From Eubacteriales bacterium (GTDB lineage: Bacteria; Bacillota; Clostridia; Oscillospirales; UBA644), in assembly GCA_045543655.1 (NCBI GenBank), contig JAZPXN010000060.1:5061-69060 (forward strand): DNA of 64,000 nucleotides, in the 5' to 3' direction. A program made the translations under genes and the position numbers. Under the pieces are notes generated by a model that worked only from the letters and a program-made list of their open reading frames with translations, did not search any database and had not been told where the DNA came from. Positions 18,498-27,639 of the stretch are shown here, piece after piece (position 1 is the stretch's first letter; each line of letters begins with the position of its first letter).

Positions 18498-19248
18498 CCT
18501 GCCGGGAAGCGACGAGGAACGGCTTTTGACCGCCCGTATCGCGGATCAGGCCCGTCTCTGCGTGAAGAGGAACCGCCCGGTCTATACGGATTTTCTCTCC
18601 CCTGCCCAGCAGATTCTGGCGCAGAAGGCCGCCCGGGGATCGGAGTGCGTTTTCTCCCTGTGGGGCGGATACGAGGGCGCAGAACGGAAAATGGGGGTAT
18701 TTCTGCCGGGGGAATATTTCGAACCGGACTATCCCATTACCGTCCTTGCGCTGAAGACCCGGGGAGAATATCCCGCCCATCCGGAAATCCTGGGAGCATT
18801 GACGGGGCTTGGCGTCCGGCGGGAAAAGATCGGCGATATTCTGGCCTCGGCCACCCCGCCCATGCTGATCTGCGATTCGTCCATCGCCCCCTTTCTCATG
18901 GAAAATTTCATCAAGGCGGGACGGAAGGCCTTTCGGGCGGAGGAATGTGAGATCGGAGAGATCCCCGAACCGGAGCATGAACTCAAAACCTTCACCGTCC
19001 CTTCCCTGCGGCTGGACTGCGTTGCGGCAGAAGGCTTCGGCATGGCCCGGACGAAGATGACCGACCTGATCAAAAAGGGGGGCGCTTCGTTGAACTGGGC
19101 AGAAACCGACGCTCCCTCCGACCCCATCTCCGAAGGGGACGTGATCTCCCTGCGGGGACACGGACGGCTGACGGTTGCCGCGATCGGAGGGCATAGCAAA
19201 AAAGACCGGATCTTCGTGACGGTCAAAAAATATACCGTCCGGAAATAG
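18484..19248 (+). CDS. ylmH: YlmH-family RNA-binding S4-domain protein
   Basis: Collinear with B. subtilis YlmH (DFLSPAQQIL..., GGYEGAERKM, LRLDCVAAEGFGMARTKMTDLIKKGGASLNW...EGDVISLRGHGR). An alternative TTG start lies at 18475. Confidence 0.7.
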   Translation: MKRNDLPGSDEERLLTARIADQARLCVKRNRPVYTDFLSPAQQILAQKAARGSECVFSLWGGYEGAERKMGVFLPGEYFEPDYPITVLALKTRGEYPAHPEILGALTGLGVRREKIGDILASATPPMLICDSSIAPFLMENFIKAGRKAFRAEECEIGEIPEPEHELKTFTVPSLRLDCVAAEGFGMARTKMTDLIKKGGASLNWAETDAPSDPISEGDVISLRGHGRLTVAAIGGHSKKDRIFVTVKKYTVRK

Positions 19249-19320
19249 CGTAACCGATTGCGAAAAACCGACGTTTTTTCGTTATCATATTAAAAATTCA
19301 AACTGAAAAGGAGTTTACTT

Positions 19321-20604
19321 ATGGGATTGATCAAAGCCGGCATCGGCGCTCTGGGAAGCACCCTTGCCGATCAATGGAAGGAATTTTTTTACTGTGATTC
19401 TCTGGACAAGGACGTTCTCGTCACCAAGGGACGGAAGCGCATTTCCGGCCGCTCCTCCAATACGGAAGGAAGCGATAATATTATCACCAACGGCTCCGGC
19501 ATTGCCGTGGCCGACGGACAGTGCATGATCATCGTGGAGCAGGGAAAGGTAGTCGAAATCTGCGCCGAACCGGGGGAATTCACCTACGATTCCTCCACCG
19601 AACCCAGCGTTTTTGCGGGGTCGTTGGGAAAGAGCATCCTTGACTCCTTCAAAACCCTCGGACGCCGCTTTACCTACGGCGGAGACACGGGGAAGGATCA
19701 ACGGGTCTATTATTTCAATACCAAAGAGATCATCGACAATAAATTCGGCACTCCCAACCCCATTCCCTTCCGGGTGGTGGATTCCAAGATCGGATTGGAT
19801 ATCGACGTCTCGGTCCGTTGCTCCGGCGTTTATTCCTATAAGATCGCAGACCCCATCCTGTTCTATACCAACGTCTGCGGCAACGTGGAACGGGAATATA
19901 CCAGAAGCGAGATCGACGCCCAGCTGAAGACCGAATTCATCTCTGCCCTTCAGCCTGCTTTCGGCCGTCTTTCGGAGCTGGAGCTGCGTCCGAACCAGAT
20001 CATTGCCCACAATACCGACACCGAAAACGCCATGAACGAAGCGCTGAGCAATAAATGGGGCGAATTGCGGGGGCTTCGGGTGGTCAGCATCGCCTTCGGT
20101 TCGGTCTCTCTTCCCGACGAGGATGCGGAAATGATCAAAAACGCCCAGCACGCTGCCATCCTGCGGGATCCCTCCATGGGCGCGGCCACGCTGGTGGGGG
20201 CTCAGGCAGAAGCCATGAAGACCGCCGCCGGGAATTCCTCCGGCGCTATGAACGGCTTTATCGGCATGGGCATGGCCATGAACGCCGGGGGAACCAATCC
20301 CCAGAATCTCTACGCCATGGCGCAACAGCAGCAGGCGCAGAATCCCCCGCCCGCCGCTCCCGCCAACGGCTGGACCTGCTCCTGCGGGGCCGTCTGCGAC
20401 GGGAATTTCTGCCCCAAATGCGGCGCAAAAAAACCCGTGGAAGAAACCTGGACCTGCTCCTGCGGGGCGGTGAACAAGGATAATTTCTGTCCCAAGTGCG
20501 GCGCAAAGAAGCCCGCTCCCGTTCAATGCCCCAAGTGCGGTTGGAAGCCCGAGGATCCCGCGGCGCAGATCAACTTCTGCCCCAAATGCGGAGAACGGCT
20601 GTAA
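19321..20604 (+). CDS. SPFH/band-7 domain protein (YdjI-like) with a C-terminal zinc-ribbon array
   Basis: N-terminus MGLIKAGIGALGSTLADQWKEFF is typical of YdjI-like SPFH proteins. A Q/A-rich linker follows, then three CxxC...CPKCG zinc ribbons. Confidence 0.65.
   Translation: MGLIKAGIGALGSTLADQWKEFFYCDSLDKDVLVTKGRKRISGRSSNTEGSDNIITNGSGIAVADGQCMIIVEQGKVVEICAEPGEFTYDSSTEPSVFAGSLGKSILDSFKTLGRRFTYGGDTGKDQRVYYFNTKEIIDNKFGTPNPIPFRVVDSKIGLDIDVSVRCSGVYSYKIADPILFYTNVCGNVEREYTRSEIDAQLKTEFISALQPAFGRLSELELRPNQIIAHNTDTENAMNEALSNKWGELRGLRVVSIAFGSVSLPDEDAEMIKNAQHAAILRDPSMGAATLVGAQAEAMKTAAGNSSGAMNGFIGMGMAMNAGGTNPQNLYAMAQQQQAQNPPPAAPANGWTCSCGAVCDGNFCPKCGAKKPVEETWTCSCGAVNKDNFCPKCGAKKPAPVQCPKCGWKPEDPAAQINFCPKCGERL
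20370..20525 (+). repeat. In-frame 78-nt tandem duplication encoding a zinc-ribbon module
   Basis: ctggacctgctcctgcggggc occurs at 20370 and 20448. The encoded peptides are WTCSCGAVCDGNFCPKCGAKKP and WTCSCGAVNKDNFCPKCGAKKP. Confidence 0.85.
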
Positions 20605-20607
20605 CCT

Positions 20608-21696
20608 ATGGAAAAGACCGATCTTCTCCAATATAAGTGCCCCTGCTGCGGCGGCGCTATCGCCTTTGACGCCACTCTGCAAAAGCTGAAATGCCCCTAT
20701 TGCGACACGGAATTTGAAGCGGAGACCCTGCGCTCCTACGACGAAGAGCTGAAAGCCGATACCGGCGAAGAAATGAACTGGGATACGAAGGCCGGCGGCG
20801 AATGGAACGGCGAGGACGCCGATCTTTGCTCCTACGTCTGCAATTCCTGCGGCGGGGAGATCGTAGGCGACCGAAATACGGCGGCCACCTCCTGCCCCTT
20901 CTGCGGAAACCCCGTCGTGATGATGGGAAACCTTACCGGGGCGCTGAAGCCGGATTTCGTAATCCCCTTCAAGCTGGACAAGAAAAAAGCGAAGGAAGGC
21001 CTGCTCAACCACATGAAGGGCAAGCGCCTTCTTCCAAAAGTATTCAAAGACGAAAATCATATCGACGAAATCAAGGGGATTTACGTTCCCTTCTGGCTTT
21101 TTGATGCCGACGCCGACGCAAACATCCGCTACCGCGCCACAACGGTACAGACCTGGTCGGACAACGATTACATCTATACCCGCACCAATCATTATTCCGT
21201 GGTCCGGGGTGGCAATCTGGTGTTCGAGCGGGTACCGGTAGACGGATCCTCGAAGATGGAAGACGATCTGATGGAATCCCTGGAGCCCTTCCAATTTGAA
21301 GACGCGTTGGATTTCCAGACCGCCTATCTGGCAGGCTTTCTGGCGGATAAATACGACGTGACGGCGGAGCAGAGCGTGGATCGCGCCAACGGACGCATCC
21401 GCACCTCCACCGAGCAGGCCTTCCGCTCCACCGTACACGGTTACGCCACGGTAGTCCCGGAACAGACGAATATCAAGCTGAATCACGGAGAAGCAAAATA
21501 CGCCCTGTTCCCCGTATGGATCCTGAACACCACCTGGAAGGGCAAGCAATATCGCTTTGCCATGAACGGTCAGACCGGGAAATTCGTAGGAAACCTTCCC
21601 ATGGACGGAAAAGCCTTTGCGAAATGGCTGTTGGGTCTGGGATTCGGCATTGCCGCCGGCGTTTTTGCGCTGCTGGCGTTGCTGATGCTGCTGTAA
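20608..21696 (+). CDS. Zinc-ribbon protein (YdjG-like) with a C-terminal TM anchor
   Basis: YKCPCCGG...KCPYCDTEF and CNSCGGEI...CPFCGNPV ribbons, with a C-terminal TM helix WLLGLGFGIAAGVFALLALLMLL. Confidence 0.55.
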   Translation: MEKTDLLQYKCPCCGGAIAFDATLQKLKCPYCDTEFEAETLRSYDEELKADTGEEMNWDTKAGGEWNGEDADLCSYVCNSCGGEIVGDRNTAATSCPFCGNPVVMMGNLTGALKPDFVIPFKLDKKKAKEGLLNHMKGKRLLPKVFKDENHIDEIKGIYVPFWLFDADADANIRYRATTVQTWSDNDYIYTRTNHYSVVRGGNLVFERVPVDGSSKMEDDLMESLEPFQFEDALDFQTAYLAGFLADKYDVTAEQSVDRANGRIRTSTEQAFRSTVHGYATVVPEQTNIKLNHGEAKYALFPVWILNTTWKGKQYRFAMNGQTGKFVGNLPMDGKAFAKWLLGLGFGIAAGVFALLALLMLL

Positions 21697-21708
21697 GGAG
21701 GGAGAACG

Positions 21709-22476
21709 ATGAAAAAAGCTTTGATTTTTCTCCTGACCGCCCTTCTGGTCTTCTCTGCCGTCCTTCCTGCCCTTGCCGAAACGGCAGACCCGGCAGGTTA
21801 TCAGGGAATCGTGGACGAAGCGGATCTTTTGACCGCCGCAGAAGAGCAGAAGCTTGCCGCCGCCGTTGCGGGGGCGAAACGGGAATATAATATCGACGTG
21901 ATCGTCGTCACCGCGGACTATCTGTGGCCGGGTCTTTCCATCGAAGGCGTGGCCGACGCCGCATTCAGTCAATACGCTCAAAATCCGGACGGTGCCGTCT
22001 TTGCCATTGCCATGGACACCCGGGAATGGACCATGCAGGGCTATGGACGGGTGCGCGCCGCCTTCAGCGAAGACGTGCTGGATCGGCTGGAATCGGACTG
22101 CATCTATCTTCTCTCCGACGGAGATTACGCGCTATCCTTTGAATCCTTTATCACCTTTACGGGGCAGGCGGTAGGCTTCTACGACGCCGGCACCCCCTAC
22201 GAGGCACCCATTCCCTGGGGCGGTCTTGTGATTATCAGCCTGGGAGCAGGGTTTCTCGTTGCCCTGATCGTGGTACTGATCATGAAGGCGCAGTTGAAAT
22301 CCGTGGCCCCAAAACGGGAGGCCCGGGATTACGTAAAGCCCGGAAGCCTGGATCTGAGGGTCAACCGGGATCTGTATCTCTACCACACCGTCTCCCGGGT
22401 GGCAAAGCCCAAGCAGAACACCTCCTCCGGAAGCCGAAGCTCCGGCGGGGGCGGCGGCCGAAGCGGCCGGTTCTGA
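21709..22476 (+). CDS. TPM-domain membrane protein (YdjH/YgcG-like)
   Basis: Signal/TM segment, TPM-like block VDEADLLTAAEEQKLAAAV...IDVIVVTAD, a later TM helix, and a Gly/Ser-rich tail SSGGGGGRSGRF. Confidence 0.6.
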   Translation: MKKALIFLLTALLVFSAVLPALAETADPAGYQGIVDEADLLTAAEEQKLAAAVAGAKREYNIDVIVVTADYLWPGLSIEGVADAAFSQYAQNPDGAVFAIAMDTREWTMQGYGRVRAAFSEDVLDRLESDCIYLLSDGDYALSFESFITFTGQAVGFYDAGTPYEAPIPWGGLVIISLGAGFLVALIVVLIMKAQLKSVAPKREARDYVKPGSLDLRVNRDLYLYHTVSRVAKPKQNTSSGSRSSGGGGGRSGRF

Positions 22477-22488
22477 TGCAAACGAAAG

Positions 22489-22522
22489 AGACCTCTCCGA
22501 TCAATACGGGGAGGTCTTTTTT
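22489..22522 (+). terminator. Intrinsic terminator after the SPFH/ZnR/TPM operon
   Basis: 11-bp stem (22489-22499 / 22507-22517, one G-U pair) followed by TTTTTT. Confidence 0.7.
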
Positions 22523-22541
22523 GGGATCTTTCCCGGGGTTC

Positions 22542-22570
22542 TTGCATTTTGCGGGAAAATATGGTATAAT
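22542..22570 (+). promoter_or_regulatory. Sigma-A-type promoter of prfA
   Basis: TTGCAT, 17 nt, TATAAT with an extended TGg. Confidence 0.6.
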
Positions 22571-22599
22571 AATAGACGAGAAAGCTTTTGGAGTAAATT

Positions 22600-23667
22600 A
22601 TGTTTGAAAAATTGCGTGAAATTGAAGAAAATTACGTCCAAAACGAGCAATTGCTGTGTGATCCCTCCGTTCTGGCAGATCCGGCGCGTCTGCGGGATCT
22701 GACGAAGAAGCAGAAGCAGACCGAAGAGCTGGTGGAAGAATTCCGGCGCTGGAAAAAATGGAAGGCCCAGGCTGACGAGGCGGAGGAATTGCTTTCGGAG
22801 GACGACCCGGAATTAAAAGCGCTGGCCCGGGAATCGATGACCGAAGCGAAATCGGAGCTGCGGGTGTCGGAGGAGAGACTGAAGCTCCTGCTGATTCCCA
22901 AAGATCCCGACGACGAAAAGAACGTGATCATAGAGCTGCGCGCCGGCACGGGGGGCGATGAAGCGGCCCTTTTTGCCGGGTCTCTGCTGCGGATGTACAC
23001 CATGTATGCGGAAAAGAAGGGATTTCGGGCGGAAATTCTGTCACTGAACGAAACCACCTTGGGAGGCGTGAAGGAAGCGGTAATTTCCCTGGAGGGGGCA
23101 GGAGCCTTCGGCCGGGTGAAATTCGAAAGCGGCGTTCACCGGGTTCAGAGAGTGCCGGAAACCGAATCCCAGGGCCGGATTCAGACCTCAGCGGCCACGG
23201 TGGCGGTCCTCCCGGAAGCGGAAGACGTGGACGTAGAGATCGATCCCAAGGATCTTTTGATCGAGTCCCACCGTTCGGGGGGCGCCGGCGGCCAGCACGT
23301 AAACAAGACCGAATCGGCCATCCGCATCATCCATCTGCCCACGGGGATTGCGGTGGACTGCCAGGACGAGCGAAGCCAATATAAAAACAAAGACAAGGCC
23401 ATGAAGATTTTGCGTTCCCGGATTCTGGAGCAGAAGCGGGCGGAGCAGCAATCGGAGATCACCTCGGCCCGTCGAAGCCAGGTAGGCTCCGGGGATCGGA
23501 GTGAGCGCATCCGCACCTACAATTTTCCCCAGGGGCGGGTGACCGATCATCGCATCGGACTGACGCTTTACAAGATTTTGTCCATTATGGACGGGGATCT
23601 GGACGAGCTGATCGACGCCTTGATCACCGCAGAGCAAGCGGAAAAGCTGAGAGCCGGAGAGGAATAA
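22600..23667 (+). CDS. prfA: Peptide chain release factor 1
   Basis: GGQ motif ([15 protein letters not shown]), a PxT-type anticodon tripeptide (VPETESQGR), RF1 length, and no frameshift site. Confidence 0.9.
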   Translation: MFEKLREIEENYVQNEQLLCDPSVLADPARLRDLTKKQKQTEELVEEFRRWKKWKAQADEAEELLSEDDPELKALARESMTEAKSELRVSEERLKLLLIPKDPDDEKNVIIELRAGTGGDEAALFAGSLLRMYTMYAEKKGFRAEILSLNETTLGGVKEAVISLEGAGAFGRVKFESGVHRVQRVPETESQGRIQTSAATVAVLPEAEDVDVEIDPKDLLIESHRSGGAGGQHVNKTESAIRIIHLPTGIAVDCQDERSQYKNKDKAMKILRSRILEQKRAEQQSEITSARRSQVGSGDRSERIRTYNFPQGRVTDHRIGLTLYKILSIMDGDLDELIDALITAEQAEKLRAGEE

Positions 23668-23668
23668 T

Positions 23669-24319
23669 ATGAAGCGATACGATACCGTTTTGTTTGATCT
23701 GGACGGAACCTTGACCGATCCGGGGGTGGGCATCACGAAATCCGTGGAATACGCCCTGAACCGTTACGGCATCACCGTCCCCGACCGGGCGGTTTTATAT
23801 CCCTTTATCGGGCCGCCGCTGATCGATTCCTTTATGAAATATTACGGATTTTCCAAGGAGCAGGCCGTGGAGGCGATAGAGGTCTACCGGGAATATTTCC
23901 GGGTCAAGGGGTTGTACGAAAACGAGGTATACCCCGGCGTGACCGAGCTTTTGAAGGCCTTGAAGGAGGCCGGAAAAACCCTGCTGATCGCCTCGTCGAA
24001 GCCGGAGGGATTCGTGCTGACCATTCTGAAGCATTTCGATCTTCTCCCCTACTTCGATTTCGTAGGCGGCGCCTCCATGGACGAGACCCGGTCGAAAAAA
24101 GACGACGTGGTGCGCTACGTTCTCAAAGAGGCAAACGTCACCGACCCCACGACGGCAATCCTTGTGGGAGACCGGAAATTCGACGTTCACGGTGCCCACG
24201 CCTTCGGACTCGACGCCCTCGCCGTCACCTACGGCTACGGCACCGTCGAAGAACTCACCGAAGCCGCCCCCGAGTACCTCGCCTCCTCCCCGGAAGAGGT
24301 AAAAAGAATTTTGATCTGA
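23669..24319 (+). CDS. HAD-IA family hydrolase (phosphoglycolate-phosphatase-like)
   Basis: Motif I FDLDGTLTD, motif II IASSK, motif IV VGDRKFDVHGA. Confidence 0.8.
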   Translation: MKRYDTVLFDLDGTLTDPGVGITKSVEYALNRYGITVPDRAVLYPFIGPPLIDSFMKYYGFSKEQAVEAIEVYREYFRVKGLYENEVYPGVTELLKALKEAGKTLLIASSKPEGFVLTILKHFDLLPYFDFVGGASMDETRSKKDDVVRYVLKEANVTDPTTAILVGDRKFDVHGAHAFGLDALAVTYGYGTVEELTEAAPEYLASSPEEVKRILI

Positions 24320-24353
24320 CGGGAGAAGGGAAAGGGGTACGAGGTACGGGGGT

Positions 24354-24568
24354 GTACTTTCTTTCTTGTTCGAGAACAAGAAAGAAAGTACCAAAGAAAG
24401 AAAAAGCAAAGGCCGGCGGATTTTATCCGCCGGGGGAAGAGAATATATGAGAAGGTGCATACCACAAGCGTGATATGCACCTTAATTTTTTACTTTCCCC
24501 GATGCAAGGATTGCATCGGCCTCGGCTTTTCTTTCGGTTCCTTTCTTTTCTCCTGAAAAGAAAGGAAC
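24354..24568. repeat. Cluster of five consecutive perfect stem-loops in a convergent intergenic region
   Basis: Stems are 24354-24371/24374-24391 (18 bp), 24413-24420/24426-24433 (8 bp), 24452-24461/24474-24483 (10 bp, then AATTTTTT), 24499-24507/24511-24519 (9 bp) and 24537-24549/24556-24568 (13 bp). Confidence 0.8.
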
Positions 24569-24578
24569 ACCGTTCTTC

Positions 24579-26048
24579 TTACTTCTGCTTCTTGAGCCAT
24601 TCCTTGTGGCGGCGGGCGGAGTCCCGCCTGGGCTTGGTGAACCACAGAAGGACGAGGCAGGCGCCCACGAGGATGGCGACGAACATCAGGAAAAGGCTGG
24701 GGGAAATATCGTTGGCTTTAAATTGGGACCACATGGTCAGAACGGCGTCGTTCCGATCTCCGAAATCCTGCATGATAAAGCAGCGATCCACCACGGATTT
24801 TTCCGGATACTGAGCGGAAAACTGGCGGCCGATCTCGGCGGTCTGCACCAGAATTTTCCCGTCCTCGGAAAGATAATCGTCGGACAGCGTTCCTTCAAAA
24901 TAATAGGTCAGATCCACGGTATATTCGCCCTCGTCATCCCCGTACCAATCGAGAACCAGATCGAAGATCTCGTCCCCGGCAATGACGCTGGTATAACCGA
25001 TGAATTCCATATTCCGGGCGGCCACGGAGGGCAGGCAGAGGTAATTCACGAAATCCTGGGCCAGCTCCGTATTGGCTCCCTTGGGCATGACCCAGCCGTC
25101 GAACCAGACCGAGCCCCCATCCTCGGGGACGGAGAAATTGAGAAGCACGTCGTCTTCCTCCTCCGCCAGATCCATGGAATAGACCGCATCCCCGGACCAG
25201 GCCTGATTGATATCGATCTTTCCGGACACGATATCACTCTTGCCGCTGTCCACCTCAAGGCCGTAAATATTCGCCTTCATAGATTTCAGGGCGGCGCCGG
25301 CGGCGGAGATGGTCTCGTCGTCGGTGCGGTTCATCAGCTCGCTCAGAGCGGTGCGGTATTCCTGCAGAGTCACCGTCCCCTGGGCAAGGCGCTGATTCCA
25401 AGAGACGATCTCGTCCTTATGGGCGGCGACCACGGCGGGGATATAGGCGTCCCGGACGGAATCCTTGACGGTGATGCGGTTTTTATAATCCGTATCCCAC
25501 AGGATATCCCAGGATTTAGTATCCTCCGGATCCACGGCCTCGGGATTGTAAATGATGCCCACGGTGCCCCACATATAGCCCACGGAATAGGCGTCGAAGC
25601 CGTTTTCTTCAAAAACCTGCTTGATATAGGGAGACGCGTATTTCGTAAAATTGGGAAGCTTGGAATAATCGAATTTTTCCAGCGCAATATTCTCGTCGGT
25701 GCCCTTTTCGGTGGCGGCGATCATTTTCTGGATCACGTAATCCGAGGGGCAGACCAGATCGTATTGGGATTTGCCGGTCTTCAGAGTGTTGAGCATGGTC
25801 TCGTTAGTCTCGAAGGTATCGTACCGGACGGTAACCTTCACCCCGGTGCGGGCGTAATAATCCGCCGCCCATTCCTCCATGACCGAGGGGACGGCCTTCG
25901 TACCGTTTTCATCGGTGCCGTCGTCGATATAATCCTGCCAGTTATAGACCCGCAGGGTCACCTCCTCCGCGCCGGCGGAAAGACCGAGGCCGGAAAAAAG
26001 ACCGAGGGAAAGCACGAAAAACAGAACGAGAGAAAGAATCTTTTTCAT
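24579..26048 (-). CDS. potD: Spermidine/putrescine ABC transporter substrate-binding protein with a C-terminal TM anchor
   Basis: Signal peptide, PotD-like body (LRVYNWQDYI..., PSDY), extra length (489 aa), and a terminal TM helix LFLMFVAILVGACLVLLWF followed by a basic tail. Confidence 0.75.
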   Translation of the reverse strand: MKKILSLVLFFVLSLGLFSGLGLSAGAEEVTLRVYNWQDYIDDGTDENGTKAVPSVMEEWAADYYARTGVKVTVRYDTFETNETMLNTLKTGKSQYDLVCPSDYVIQKMIAATEKGTDENIALEKFDYSKLPNFTKYASPYIKQVFEENGFDAYSVGYMWGTVGIIYNPEAVDPEDTKSWDILWDTDYKNRITVKDSVRDAYIPAVVAAHKDEIVSWNQRLAQGTVTLQEYRTALSELMNRTDDETISAAGAALKSMKANIYGLEVDSGKSDIVSGKIDINQAWSGDAVYSMDLAEEEDDVLLNFSVPEDGGSVWFDGWVMPKGANTELAQDFVNYLCLPSVAARNMEFIGYTSVIAGDEIFDLVLDWYGDDEGEYTVDLTYYFEGTLSDDYLSEDGKILVQTAEIGRQFSAQYPEKSVVDRCFIMQDFGDRNDAVLTMWSQFKANDISPSLFLMFVAILVGACLVLLWFTKPRRDSARRHKEWLKKQK

Positions 26049-26846
26049 CTGTGCCCTCCTTCCCGCTTATTGCGGCGGTTGCGGACGTTCACGATCACCA
26101 GCAACACCAGCGCAAAGACGAAGATCAACGTCGTCAGCGCCCGGAGGGTGGGGGGCAGAGTGCCTTTTTTGCTGGTAACTCCGTAAACGTAAGTGGACAG
26201 CGTAGAAAACGAGGTATCCCGGGTGAAGGCGGTGATGATATAATCGTCCAGAGACAGGGTAACGGACAGGAGAAAGCCGCTGAAAACCCCGGGCATAATT
26301 TCCGGAAGAACGATCTTCCGCAGGGCCTGAGAGGGCTTTGCCCCCAGATCCAGAGCCGCCTCGTAGATATTGGGATCCATCTGCTGCAGCTTGGGATTGA
26401 TGCTCAGCACCACGAAGGGCAGAGTCAGAATCACGTGGCCGATCAGCAGAGTGATAAAATTGAACTTCACCCCGAAATACACGAAAAGAATGGTCAACGA
26501 CAGGGCCGTTACGATCTCCGCGTTCATGATGGGGATCTGAGAAACCCCTTCCAAAGCGGACTTGACCCGCTTGCCGCTGTAATGAATGCCGATGGCACCG
26601 GCGGTGCCGAGGACGGTGGAAACGGCGGCGGAGGCAAGGGCCACGATAACGGTATTGATCAAAGCGGTGACGATCTCTTTATTCCGGAAAAGATCGGGAT
26701 AAAGCTCCAACGAAAAACCGGTCCAGGAGCCGATGACCTTGGCCTCCGTGAAGGAAAAGACCATCAGAACCAGAATGGGGGCGTACATCAGAAAAAGCAT
26801 CAGCCCCACGTAGATGCGGGCGAGAATACGGGTAGACTTTTTCACA
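26045..26846 (-). CDS. potC: Spermidine/putrescine ABC transporter permease
   Basis: 6-TM BPD-transporter permease with an EAA-like loop (YEAALDLGAKPSQALRKIVLP). The GTG start overlaps the potB stop (GTGA). Confidence 0.8.
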
Positions 26847-27639
26847 GCATCGTACCTCTGACGTCGTCTTCTTTCTGTACGTTCTTCGTAGCGAACATAC
26901 CGAGCGCGATGAGCAGAAGCATGACCACCGCAACGATACTTCCCATATGCCACAGCCCCTGATCGAAATACAGCTGAATGCTGTTCCCGATCAGCGAAAG
27001 CTTCCGCTCGCCCATAACGTCGCTGATAACGTAGGACGACATGGTGGGCATAAAGACCATCGTCGCCGCGGACACGATTCCGGGGGCGGTCATGGGAAGG
27101 ATGACTTTCGTAAAGGTCTGGATGGGACGGGCGCCCAGATCGGAGGAAGCCTCGATCTGGCTGTAATCCAGCTTCGTCATCGTGGTATACAGAGGCAGAA
27201 TGACGAAGGGAAGATAGTTATAGACCATACCGATCATGGTGCAAAGATAGGGGTGCTCCCCGCCGTTCAGCCCGATCCAGTACAGAAGATCCCGGGTCGC
27301 GGCGGTGCGAAGCACGAAATTGATCCACATGGGCATGACGAACAGGAGCATCATGACCGCAGGCATCTTCAGATCCCGGTGCGCCAGAAAATAAGCCACG
27401 GGATAGCCGATCAGAAGGCAGATAACCGTATTGGCCGCCCCGATAATGAAGGAGACCAGAATGGTATTGATATTGGAGGCGCTTCCGAAGAGAGAGAAGA
27501 GATTGTCGAAGGTAAAATTCCCCTCTGCGTCGGTAAAGGCGTAGGCCAGGATCAGAATCAGGGGGATAACCACGAACAGAAGCATGAAAACGGCGTAGGG
27601 AAAAGCCAGCCACTTGCGGGTAAATTTAATTTTTGACAT
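26842..27639 (-). CDS. potB: Spermidine/putrescine ABC transporter permease
   Basis: Permease with the loop [22 protein letters not shown] chose the start at MSKIKF, overlapping the potA end. Confidence 0.8.
   Translation of the reverse strand: MSKIKFTRKWLAFPYAVFMLLFVVIPLILILAYAFTDAEGNFTFDNLFSLFGSASNINTILVSFIIGAANTVICLLIGYPVAYFLAHRDLKMPAVMMLLFVMPMWINFVLRTAATRDLLYWIGLNGGEHPYLCTMIGMVYNYLPFVILPLYTTMTKLDYSQIEASSDLGARPIQTFTKVILPMTAPGIVSAATMVFMPTMSSYVISDVMGERKLSLIGNSIQLYFDQGLWHMGSIVAVVMLLLIALGMFATKNVQKEDDVRGTML

Noticed and set aside
20370-20525. A CRISPR-like or VNTR repeat
   Set aside because: There are only two near-identical units. They are in frame within a CDS and encode zinc-ribbon modules. 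No spacer/repeat periodicity exists elsewhere in the window.
19315-21981. An 888-aa minus-strand ORF covering the SPFH, zinc-ribbon and TPM genes
   Set aside because: It runs antisense across three separate plus-strand genes, each with its own RBS, and through their intergenic spacers. It has no homology features.
22600-23667. Possible RF2-type programmed +1 frameshift in the release factor gene
   Set aside because: The ORF is uninterrupted. It carries a PxT-type (PET) rather than an SPF tripeptide, and no internal in-frame UGA/CUU slippery site context is seen. It is RF1.
26847-26953. An N-terminal extension of potC ([20 protein letters not shown]…), and similar extensions of the genes beginning at 36246, 37975, 34233, 42917 and 31210
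   Set aside because: The extensions overlap the 3' ends of upstream genes or promoters, are Arg-rich, and lack an RBS. Internal starts abutting the upstream stop codons or following Shine-Dalgarno motifs fit operon coupling better.
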